This document shows, one piece after another, positions 8,871-17,406 of a stretch of DNA of 64,000 nt (its first letter is position 1; each line of letters begins with the position of its first letter). The stretch lies in NCBI GenBank assembly GCA_038245295.1, contig JBBRSP010000005.1, positions 160,001 to 224,000 on the forward strand, given 5' to 3'. The notes under the pieces were generated by a model, which saw only the letters and a list, made by a program, of their open reading frames with translations, did no database searches and was not told the DNA's origin. A program made the translations under genes and the position numbers. This DNA comes from Candidatus Binatia bacterium (GTDB taxonomy: Bacteria > Desulfobacterota > Binatia > HRBIN30).

Positions 8871-8907
8871 CAAGACCGCTGGACATCCACCTGAGCCGGG
8901 CCGGCGA
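8871..8907 (+). repeat. 37-bp direct repeat, copy 2
   Basis: caagaccgctggacatccacctgagccgggccggcga. Confidence 0.9.
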
Positions 8908-8929
8908 ACCCAGTTGGGTTTGGACTGGG

Positions 8930-9286
8930 CTACTTAAAGTCCTGAAGCCAGAGAACCTGGTTGCGGATGTCGGCCTCCGATTCTCGATCCAGGCAGCGCA
9001 AGGTGCGCCGAAGCAACTCGCGAAAGGGAACTTGATTACACACCAGGATACCGAAGTGGGTTTGACCCTTCGTGCGGTACTCGCGATCGAGGAGCACGAG
9101 GTCGCGGATATTGTGCGTAACGAACGCCCGTCGCTGTTTGGCAGCGAAGCCTAGCTGCTCAGAATCGCTGAGGCCGCTGCGCTTCAGCTCGCTGACGTGC
9201 CGGGCGTCGAAGCCCCGTTGCCGAAGAGTCTGCGCGAGTAACGGCCGAACATCCTCATCAAGCAGCAGGCGAATTGCCACGCTCAA
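8930..9286 (-). CDS. DUF5615 family PIN-like toxin
   Basis: LLLDEDV, GLSDSEQL, FVTHNIRD, HFGIL motifs; directly downstream of DUF433 gene. Confidence 0.85.
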   Translation of the reverse strand: MSVAIRLLLDEDVRPLLAQTLRQRGFDARHVSELKRSGLSDSEQLGFAAKQRRAFVTHNIRDLVLLDREYRTKGQTHFGILVCNQVPFRELLRRTLRCLDRESEADIRNQVLWLQDFK

Positions 9287-9566
9287 CCCCCGACCGCGAA
9301 CGCACGCTGCTCTCGGTGTTGGTGGCTAGGTCCTGCTCAACCTCGGCCTGATGGTCATAATAGTACGACAGCGCATCATGAACTTGTGCCAGTGTCAGAT
9401 GACGGAATTCGGCCACCAGCTCTTCAGGGGCCATCCCCTGCCGCAAGACGTAGTTCACCACGGAGCGCACCGGAAATTTCGTTCCGGCAATTGCCGGGCT
9501 TCCCCCGCAGTATCCCTTTCGAGTCACGATGTGCGGGTGGCGCACTTTCAGCGCACTCTTCGTCAT
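9258..9566 (-). CDS. DUF433 domain antitoxin
   Basis: HIVTRKGYCGGSPAIAGTKFPV...LTLAQVHDALSYY; ATG at 9566 with GGAGG RBS. Confidence 0.85.
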   Translation of the reverse strand: MTKSALKVRHPHIVTRKGYCGGSPAIAGTKFPVRSVVNYVLRQGMAPEELVAEFRHLTLAQVHDALSYYYDHQAEVEQDLATNTESSVRSRSGVERGNSPAA

Positions 9567-9694
9567 GAGCGTCCCTCCTGCTCTTCGGCCATCTCGTGAG
9601 CTGATCATACCTGCACATCCGGACATTTTCGAGGATGACAGGCGCGCGCGGAGCCGATTCAAAAGAGCCCGCTCGACGACGAACGGGCAATGCT

Positions 9695-10008
9695 TCAGGC
9701 AGCTTCGATATCGACCTTGCATCTGAGGCCGGCTGCATCCAAGCCGGCTTGGAGCGCAAGGCGGACAAACGTGGACTCCGGGTAGCCCAGCATCTGCGCC
9801 CAGGCGGCGGCGCGCTCCGGGCTCACCGTCTTACGACCCATCTCGACGTCGCACAGGTGCGAGCGGGAGATTCCGAGCTTCCCGACGCAGAAACTCAGGG
9901 AAAGCTCTTCGCACTTGCGCACCACCTCGATGGCGTCGCCAAGCGTTAGCGGCCCACCCGAGAGTCTCTCTAGAAGTTGGATCGCTTCGCTCTTTTTGCA
10001 GTTGGTTT
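9695..10008 (-). pseudogene. XRE-family HTH protein (HigA-like), apparently 5'-truncated
   Basis: HTH LGISRSHLCDVEMGRKTVSPERAA; frame extends upstream of GTG 9925 as KKSEAIQLLERLSGGPLTLG, then meets a stop with no start codon. Confidence 0.55.
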
Positions 10009-10175
10009 TTTACAGCCTTACCTCAGCAGAGGTGCTTGCCGACTTCTTCGACGGAGACGAATTCAACTGCGCCACCCCGGATCTCATAGATGGCCCGGTA
10101 ACTTCGGCCGTTGGCCGGAGCCAACACGGGCTGGAAGCTTTTAAATCCCATGGCGCCTGTGCTTTATCGCCTTCG

Positions 10176-11201
10176 ATGAAAATCGATGCGCCGCTGCTCA
10201 CCGCGGATCTTAATCAGGTCGCCGCCGAGGCGCGCGATATCGAACGTCTCGGCTACGACGGCACCTTCACCTTTGAGGGTCAGCACGATCCATTCCTTCC
10301 ACTGCTGTTGGCCGCGGAGCACACTTCGACGCTAGAGCTGGCGACGGCGATTGCCATCGCTTTCCCGCGCAGCCCGATGCAGTTGGCCAACGTCGCCCAT
10401 GATCTCAACGTCATGTCCGGCGGGCGCTTCATTCTTGGCCTCGGTTCGCAGATCAAGCCGCACATCGAGAAGCGTTTCAGCGCCACATGGTCGAAGCCGG
10501 TGGCGCGGATGCGTGAGTTCATCTTGGCCCTGCAAGCGATCTGGCGCTGCTTCAACGAAGACGAGCCGCTCAACTTCCGCGGCGAATTTTACCAACACAC
10601 CCTCATGACACCGTTTTTCAATCCTGGAGCCAGCCCTTCGGGGCCACCACGCGTCTTCCTGGCCGGCGTCGGCCGACCAATGACCCGAGTTGCCGGCGAA
10701 GTGGCGGATGGGTTGTTCGTGCATCCACTCAACAGTCCGGAGTTCATCCGCACAACGACACTGCCGGCCCTCGACGAAGGTTTCGCGCGCGTACCCGGCC
10801 GCGGCCGCGACAGCTTCACCATCAACGCACAAGCCATCGTCATCACCGGCTACAACGACGAAGAGGTCGCCCAGGCGGAGATGAGCTCGAAGATGCAACT
10901 TGCCTTCTACGGCTCGACACCGCAGTACAAATGTGTGCTCGACGCCAGCAATCTGGGCGACCTGCAGCCCGAGCTGAATCGACTCTCCAAACAGGGCCGT
11001 TGGATGGAGATGGCAGCGTTGATCGACGATCAGGTGATCGACGCGTTCGCCGTGCGTTGCCCGCCGGGCGACGTCGCGCGGCAATTGCGGCAGCGCTACG
11101 AAGGCTTGGCGGATCGCGTCAGCATCATCTGCCACTCCCAACCGCACGTGCAGCATCCCGAAGAATGGAAGGAAGTGATCGCCGCATGCCATCTCTCGTA
11201 A
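10176..11201 (+). CDS. LLM class F420-dependent oxidoreductase (TIGR03617-like)
   Basis: EGQHDPFLPL, AIAFPRSPM, GRFILGLGSQIKPHIEKRF, HTLMTPFF, FYGSTPQY. Confidence 0.88.
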   Translation: MKIDAPLLTADLNQVAAEARDIERLGYDGTFTFEGQHDPFLPLLLAAEHTSTLELATAIAIAFPRSPMQLANVAHDLNVMSGGRFILGLGSQIKPHIEKRFSATWSKPVARMREFILALQAIWRCFNEDEPLNFRGEFYQHTLMTPFFNPGASPSGPPRVFLAGVGRPMTRVAGEVADGLFVHPLNSPEFIRTTTLPALDEGFARVPGRGRDSFTINAQAIVITGYNDEEVAQAEMSSKMQLAFYGSTPQYKCVLDASNLGDLQPELNRLSKQGRWMEMAALIDDQVIDAFAVRCPPGDVARQLRQRYEGLADRVSIICHSQPHVQHPEEWKEVIAACHLS

Positions 11202-12262
11202 GCTCTCCCGAGGCTGTCACGCCCGAGTGGCTGACGCAGGTGTTGCAGAGCTCCGGAGCATTGCGTTCCGGGAAGATCTTCGGCTTCACGACACGCTCGG
11301 TCGGCACGGGGCAGGTCGGCGTCAGCGTGCGCTACACCCTCGAGTACAGCGGCGCCAACGACGACGCGCCGCGTTCGGTGGTTTGCAAGTTCGCCTCTAC
11401 CGATCCGACCAGTCGCTCGACCGGTGTCGCCATGCGCACCTACGAGGTCGAGGTGAATTTCTACAACCAGATCGCCTCGACTGTGGCGATTCGCACGCCG
11501 CGTTGCCATTTCGCCGCCATCGACTTGCCCCATGCGGATTCTGTTCTGGTGCTCGAAGACCTCGCCCCGGCAGCGCAGGGCGATCAGCTTGCCGGTTGCG
11601 ACGTCGACACAGCGGCGCTGGCGCTGACCGAGTTGGCCAAGCTGCACGCGCCGCGTTGGGGTGATTCGCGACTGGCAGAGTTGGAGTGGCTCAACCGCAA
11701 TACGCAGCCGGCGTTAGAAGGAGCCACCGGCCTGCTGCCCATGCTGTGGGCCGGCTTCGTCGAGCGCTATGCGACGCGGCTTACCAGCAGTCACGTGCAG
11801 ATCGGCGAGCACTTGATGCGCAACATCAAGTCGTTCCTATTCGATCGTCCGGGACCGCTCACTGTGCAGCACGGTGATTACCGCCTCGACAACATGCTGT
11901 TCGCGACAAGCGAAGGCGGCTACCCGCTGGCGGTGGTCGATTGGCAAACCGTCACACTCGGCGCGCCGCTCGCCGATGTCTCCTACTTTCTCGGCGCCGG
12001 GCTGCAGCCCGAGGCGCGGCGTACGAACGAGCGCCCGTTGCTCGAGCACTACCTCCGCGAGCTGCAAGCCCTCGGCATCCACGACCTCTCGTGGGATCGT
12101 CTATGGCAAGACTATCGACGTTATTCGTTCGGCGGCTTCCTGATGGCCGTGGGGGCGTCGATGATGGTTGTGCAGACCGCGCGCGGCGACGAGATGTTCA
12201 TGGCGATGGCACACCGGCATGCGACCCAGATCGAGGATCTTGAAGCGGTGACGTTGCTGTAG
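11186..12262 (+). CDS. Aminoglycoside-phosphotransferase/ecdysteroid-kinase-like phosphotransferase
   Basis: VGTGQ, YEVEVNFY, LVLEDL, HGDYRLDNMLF, VVDWQ; overlaps upstream gene. Confidence 0.85.
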   Translation: MPSLVSSPEAVTPEWLTQVLQSSGALRSGKIFGFTTRSVGTGQVGVSVRYTLEYSGANDDAPRSVVCKFASTDPTSRSTGVAMRTYEVEVNFYNQIASTVAIRTPRCHFAAIDLPHADSVLVLEDLAPAAQGDQLAGCDVDTAALALTELAKLHAPRWGDSRLAELEWLNRNTQPALEGATGLLPMLWAGFVERYATRLTSSHVQIGEHLMRNIKSFLFDRPGPLTVQHGDYRLDNMLFATSEGGYPLAVVDWQTVTLGAPLADVSYFLGAGLQPEARRTNERPLLEHYLRELQALGIHDLSWDRLWQDYRRYSFGGFLMAVGASMMVVQTARGDEMFMAMAHRHATQIEDLEAVTLL

Positions 12263-12317
12263 GGACCTCCACGACTGCAGGGACTGCAACGACAGCAAGG
12301 ACGGACCTCGTGGTTGG

Positions 12318-13043
12318 TTAGATCTTGTTGGGGACTCCGAAGGAGCCGTGAAAGTGTTCGACCCAGGTGGCAATCAGGATTGGCGCGGCCGGTAGTCCCA
12401 GCTCGCGTAGCTCGTCGGCGATCGGGTGGTCACCCAGGGTCAGCTCGACACCCTCGCCGCCGGCGACGAGATGTGAGCCGCTCCCACCGGAGGAGAAGGG
12501 CAACACCGAGCCACCGTCGAGGTAGGTGTAACTATTCATTTCCATCTCCGGCGTTTCACCGCTCGCCGCCGGATCGCGTGGCAGGCTCAGTGTGAAGACG
12601 TGTTTGCCGCCCATCTCCAGTCGGCATTTCGCACCCGTGGGTGTGTACTCGATGTTGATGTCCTCGACCGTCTTCGGGAATCCCCAGATCGTGCAACCCG
12701 CTTCGCATGTGAAAGATTGATTCACCGGCAGCTTGTAGATGTAGACGCCGTCGCCCTGCGATGTGCCCTTGGGCCGCACCATGAAGACGATCATCACCTC
12801 GTCGTAGTCGCCCAGATCATTATCGCGATAGTCGACGAAGCCGAGGATCAGCTGGGTCTGCCCCGGCATCATTTCGACTACCTCGAAAGCGTCGCCAACG
12901 AAACGCTGCGCCAGCCCCGCGTCGACCAGGTAGATCACGCTCGCCGAAGCCGCATCGCGCACGAGGCAAGGCATGGTCACCGTGCGACCCTGGATGGCAT
13001 ACGACGCGACCTTCGCGGAAGAATCGATGGCAGACGACGACAT
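12318..13043 (-). CDS. Acetoacetate decarboxylase family protein
   Basis: VDYRDNDLGDYDEV, LPVNQSFTCEAGCTIWGFPK. Confidence 0.8.
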   Translation of the reverse strand: MSSSAIDSSAKVASYAIQGRTVTMPCLVRDAASASVIYLVDAGLAQRFVGDAFEVVEMMPGQTQLILGFVDYRDNDLGDYDEVMIVFMVRPKGTSQGDGVYIYKLPVNQSFTCEAGCTIWGFPKTVEDINIEYTPTGAKCRLEMGGKHVFTLSLPRDPAASGETPEMEMNSYTYLDGGSVLPFSSGGSGSHLVAGGEGVELTLGDHPIADELRELGLPAAPILIATWVEHFHGSFGVPNKI

Positions 13044-13124
13044 GAAGACCCTCCTGTTCCGGGGCTTCGTTTCATCGTTTGACGCACGAGGCAAGTCGGG
13101 ATGTCATCGACGATTCCACCGCTG

Positions 13125-13205
13125 CCGGGCAAGGGCACGGGCAATGGCAACAGCAAGGGGTGGTCAAACACTTGCCCGTGCCCGTGGTGCCCTTGCCCTC
13201 GCCCT
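13125..13205. repeat. GGGCAC-type hexamer inverted repeat (REP-like hairpin)
   Basis: gggcaagggcacgggcaa ... ttgcccgtgcccgtggtgcccttgccc. Confidence 0.65.
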
Positions 13206-13242
13206 CCGATTAAGCTCATTTCCCCAAGCCATGCATCGCCTG

Positions 13243-14805
13243 ATGAAGCGCGCCCAGACGTTGGCCAATGTACGCAATCACGCGCGACCGTGGGACTTCG
13301 TGATCATTGGCGGCGGTGCGACGGGTGTTGGCGTCGCCGTCGACGCGGCATCGCGCGGTTACGACGTATTGCTCCTCGAGCAGAGCGACTTCGGCAAGGG
13401 CACGTCGAGCCGCAGCACCAAGCTGGTGCATGGTGGCGTGCGTTATCTCGAGCGCGGCGATGTGCCTCTGGTCATGGAGGCGCTGCGTGAGCGCGGCATC
13501 ATGCGGCAGAATGCGCCGCATCTGGTTTCCGATCTTGCCTTTGTCGTCCCGACGTACGCTTGGTGGGAAGGTCCGTTCTACGGCACCGGCCTGCGCGTCT
13601 ACAATATGCTGGCCGGCCGTTACGGCTTCGGAAAATCGAAAATTCTCTCCAAGGAAAAGACTCTCGAGTATCTGCCGACGATTCGCCGCGACGGACTGCG
13701 GCGCGGTGTCATGTACTACGACGGCCAGTTCGACGACGCCCGATTTCTGATGTCAATGGTGTTCACCGCGGCGGAGCAGGGCGCGGCGTTGCTCAACTAC
13801 GTACGGGTCAACGAGATCACCAAGAACGACGAAGACACGGTCAACGGCGTCATCGCGCAAGATGTCGAAACCGGTGAGACCTTCAACATCGGCGCACGCG
13901 TTGTCATCAACGCGGGAGGGCCGTTCGCTGATTCGGTACGCCGCCTCGGCAATGCCAGCAGCAAATCGATGTTGGCGGCAAGCCAAGGCATTCACCTGGT
14001 CTTCGACCGTTCGTTCCTACCCGGCGATACCGCGATCATGGTGCCGCATACCAGCGACGGGCGGGTGATGTTCGCCATTCCGTGGCACGGCCATACCTTA
14101 ATCGGCACGACCGATACTCCCATCGAAGACGCGACGCTCGACCCCGTGCCGCAAGAGAAGGAGATCGACTTCATCCTGCAGACGGCGGCGCTGTATCTTC
14201 ACAAGGCGCCGACCCGCGCCGACGTCTTGAGTATCTTCGCCGGCATTCGTCCGCTGGTGAGAAGCACCGACAGCAAGAACACCGCGGCGCTGTCGCGTGA
14301 CCACACCTTGCACGTCGACGACAACGGCTTGCTGACGATCACCGGCGGCAAGTGGACGACGTACCGTCATATGGCGGAGGACTGCGTCAACCACGCCGCC
14401 TTACTCGCCGGCCTGGGCGAGAAGGACTGCATCACCAAACAGCTCAACATCCACGGTTACCTGCAGCACGCCGAACGCCTCGGGCACATGTCGATCTATG
14501 GTTCCGACGCTGTTGCCGTCGAGCGCCTTGCGGAAGCCGACGCCTCCCTATCCCAACAACTGCACCCCGCCCTGCCCTACACGGCCGCTCAGGTCGTCTG
14601 GGCGGCGCGCCATGAATACGCCAGGACGATCGATGACGTTCTCTCGCGCCGTCTGCGCGCGACGTTCCTGAACGCACGCGCCGCCATTGAGATGGCGCCA
14701 CGCGTTGCGGAACTCGTCGCAACCGAGTTGGGTCGCGACGCGGTATGGGCCCAGGCACAGATCGAGCAATTCACGACACTGGCACGCGGCTACTTGCCGA
14801 GCTGA
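13243..14805 (+). CDS. glpD: FAD-dependent glycerol-3-phosphate dehydrogenase/oxidase
   Basis: IIGGGATG, GTSSRSTKLVHGGVRYL, GQFDDAR, GTTD, GGKWTTYR; start 13231 or 13243. Confidence 0.92.
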   Translation: MKRAQTLANVRNHARPWDFVIIGGGATGVGVAVDAASRGYDVLLLEQSDFGKGTSSRSTKLVHGGVRYLERGDVPLVMEALRERGIMRQNAPHLVSDLAFVVPTYAWWEGPFYGTGLRVYNMLAGRYGFGKSKILSKEKTLEYLPTIRRDGLRRGVMYYDGQFDDARFLMSMVFTAAEQGAALLNYVRVNEITKNDEDTVNGVIAQDVETGETFNIGARVVINAGGPFADSVRRLGNASSKSMLAASQGIHLVFDRSFLPGDTAIMVPHTSDGRVMFAIPWHGHTLIGTTDTPIEDATLDPVPQEKEIDFILQTAALYLHKAPTRADVLSIFAGIRPLVRSTDSKNTAALSRDHTLHVDDNGLLTITGGKWTTYRHMAEDCVNHAALLAGLGEKDCITKQLNIHGYLQHAERLGHMSIYGSDAVAVERLAEADASLSQQLHPALPYTAAQVVWAARHEYARTIDDVLSRRLRATFLNARAAIEMAPRVAELVATELGRDAVWAQAQIEQFTTLARGYLPS

Positions 14806-14816
14806 GAGCAGATCCT

Positions 14817-15203
14817 TTGGAGCCGCCGCCGCAAAGCCCCGGACTACTACGCTACGGATGGTGGCTGACCATCCCGTTCGGCGTCGCCGCCTTCATCACC
14901 CTGGGCGTTTGGTGGAATCAAGCTCCTGAAGACCCGTTACATTACGGTCCAACGTCATCTCAATGGAGCGATTACGTCGATGGCTGCGTCACCAACTGCC
15001 TCCCAAGAGGCACCGGCGAGCCTTCATGCAAGAAGTTTTGCGACTGCTGCGCCAAGGCCCTGTTCGCGAGCATGGAGAAGGCCGCCATCGACCACGCCTT
15101 CCAGTCATTCCAGGCAAACACGCCCGAAACCGCCGATTTTCAGCGACTGGTGACCGATATCGCCAAGACCTGCCAGGAAAGGGTTGGCGGCAAACCAGGC
15201 TAG
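14817..15203 (+). CDS. Small membrane-anchored Cys-rich hypothetical protein
   Basis: One TM segment then CVTNC...CKKFCDCC...C; fills gap between glpD and convergent gene; start uncertain. Confidence 0.5.
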   Translation: MEPPPQSPGLLRYGWWLTIPFGVAAFITLGVWWNQAPEDPLHYGPTSSQWSDYVDGCVTNCLPRGTGEPSCKKFCDCCAKALFASMEKAAIDHAFQSFQANTPETADFQRLVTDIAKTCQERVGGKPG

Positions 15204-17371
15204 GATGGCAGGAAGAAGAGCTGGCGGATTCGTCCGGCGACGGGTGCCGACATCTTCGCTTCGGCGAGGTACTCGGCCAATCCGCTGCGTACGAGGTAAC
15301 GGGGATCCGTACCATAGGCCGCTAGACGGGTGTCGATCCACGCGGCGTTGGCCGTGTCGTCGGGGTTCGACTCGAGGCGCTTCTCCAGTTCGGGCAGGAA
15401 GCGGCTGGCGAAATCGATGCGGTTGTCGAGTGAGATCAACGAGCTCAGCACCAAGGCTGGGCGCGGCAGGTGGATGTCGACAAGGGCCAGCAAGGCTTCG
15501 ACGATCGACAGAGTCACCTTCTTGGTCGACTCATCCATCGCTTGGCGAACCGCGGCGAAGCCAGGGCCGGTCCACGATGGCTCGGGTTGAAAGACCTGCT
15601 CCACATAGACCTTGATCTTCGGCTCTGTCCCGGACGGGCGAATCGAGACGACGAGATCGCGCTCGAACACCAGTCGGATGAAGTTGCGCGAGCTGCGATC
15701 GGTCTCCGAGACAATCGGGCCAAAAGTCTTCTCGTCCCAGTAGTCGGCGAGCGTCTGCAGTTTGCGTCCGCCGATCTCGCGCAACGGCTTCTTGCGCATC
15801 TCGTCCATCATGCGCTTGACGAGCTCGAGGCCGCTGATGCCCTCGGCCACGACCGAATACCCGGTGTTCGAGGCGTAGCCGTAGCGCCGATAGACGTCGT
15901 TCAGGTAAGCGCCGAGCCCGCTACCCTTGGCGCGCAGACGCGAGCACAGCTCGCCAATCAACAGAGCGCCGCCGGCAGCATCCTTGTCGCGCAGGGCAGC
16001 ACTGACGAGAACGCCGTTGCTCTCTTCGGCCGCAAGCAGGAAATCGGCGGTCGTGGCATGCACCGATCGGAAGCTGCCGTTCGCCTCGATCTCGTCGAGT
16101 ACCTGGCCGATGTATTTGAAGCCAACCAGCAGATCACCGAGCATCTGGAGACGATGCTTCTGGGCGATCTTGGTCAGCAACTCGGTGGTCACCGCCGTCT
16201 TCACCAGGAAGCCGTTCTTCGGCAAGGTGCCGTTCTCCGCCCGTGTCTCGCAAATGTAGGCGGCAAGCACCACGGCGATCTCATTGCCGGAGAACGACCT
16301 CCAGGCGCCGTCTTGCTCCGCAACCACACCGAGACGGTCAGCATCCGGATCGGTGGCCATCCCCACGTCGGCCTTGGCGGCGCGCGCCTCCTCGATCAAC
16401 AGCTCCATCGCCTCCGGCACTTCCGGATTAGGCATGCGGAATTTTACATTGGGGAAAGCACCATCCGTCGTGTTCTGGCGCTGCACGTAGCGCACGTCGA
16501 AGCCGGCCAGCGGCAACAACTCGCCGACGGTGAAGTGGCCCGTGCCATGGAGCGGCGAAAACACGATCAACGCACCGCGCGCCTTTGAATCGATCGAGCA
16601 GGCGAGGTTCTCGTCGAGATAGGCGAGGTGCAGCGCCGCGCCCCACCAGTGAATCTTGCCATCACGCACGGCTGCCTCGAAGTCGCCGGCGGGCACACTC
16701 GTCACCGCCGTCACTTCGTCAGCCAAGGCTTCGTCGTCCGGCGGAATCGGCTGGCCGCCACTCGCCATGTAGAACTTCGCACCGTTGTCGTCGGGATGAT
16801 TGTGCGAGGCAGAGATGTTCAAGCCGCCGTGCGCCTTCAGATGGCGGATAGCGAACGACAGCTCGGGCGTCGCCATGAAGAAGCCATCGTCGCCGGCGGC
16901 CGTGTAAACTTCGACGCCGTTGGCGGCGTAGATGGCCGAAGCGAGGCGTGCGAAATCGCGCGAGCTCATCCCCATCAATGGATTCGGCTTGCCCGGATCA
17001 TACAGCCCGCGCAGATCGCGGAAGACGCGCACGTCGCAAGCTACGACAACACGCAGATCTGCATTCGGGTTGCGACGGCGCAAATAGTTTACGTGTCCCT
17101 GCACCGAGCTGGCGACGGTATCCTGATTGATCCGATTGGGGCCGATGCCAACCGGTCCGCGCCGGCCGCTCGTTCCAAAGGTCATCACCCGGTAGAACGA
17201 GTCGAGGATCAGATCCCACTTGCCGCGTTCGGCGAGGCTCACCAGCTGTGGCCGGAAGCCCTGGTACTGCTCACCGTTCCACCACGTCGTCAGGTTCCGG
17301 ATCGCCGCATCGCGGTATTCCGGCTTGGCGGAAAGACTGCCCAACTGCTTCGCAATGTCACTGAGATTCAT
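15200..17371 (-). CDS. Phospho-sugar mutase (PGM/PMM family)
   Basis: FGTSGRRG, SASHN, DPDADR, EESNG, RPSGTEPKIK. Confidence 0.9.
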   Translation of the reverse strand: MNLSDIAKQLGSLSAKPEYRDAAIRNLTTWWNGEQYQGFRPQLVSLAERGKWDLILDSFYRVMTFGTSGRRGPVGIGPNRINQDTVASSVQGHVNYLRRRNPNADLRVVVACDVRVFRDLRGLYDPGKPNPLMGMSSRDFARLASAIYAANGVEVYTAAGDDGFFMATPELSFAIRHLKAHGGLNISASHNHPDDNGAKFYMASGGQPIPPDDEALADEVTAVTSVPAGDFEAAVRDGKIHWWGAALHLAYLDENLACSIDSKARGALIVFSPLHGTGHFTVGELLPLAGFDVRYVQRQNTTDGAFPNVKFRMPNPEVPEAMELLIEEARAAKADVGMATDPDADRLGVVAEQDGAWRSFSGNEIAVVLAAYICETRAENGTLPKNGFLVKTAVTTELLTKIAQKHRLQMLGDLLVGFKYIGQVLDEIEANGSFRSVHATTADFLLAAEESNGVLVSAALRDKDAAGGALLIGELCSRLRAKGSGLGAYLNDVYRRYGYASNTGYSVVAEGISGLELVKRMMDEMRKKPLREIGGRKLQTLADYWDEKTFGPIVSETDRSSRNFIRLVFERDLVVSIRPSGTEPKIKVYVEQVFQPEPSWTGPGFAAVRQAMDESTKKVTLSIVEALLALVDIHLPRPALVLSSLISLDNRIDFASRFLPELEKRLESNPDDTANAAWIDTRLAAYGTDPRYLVRSGLAEYLAEAKMSAPVAGRIRQLFFLPS

Positions 17372-17406
17372 GGATCAACCCGCCTAGTGGGACGATGCGC
17401 GGCGTC

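Noticed and set aside
9915..10175. Long N-terminal extensions in the ORF track (also at 10931, 12973, 35620, 41771, 61418)
   Set aside because: Family homology begins at downstream ATGs and the extensions overlap other features
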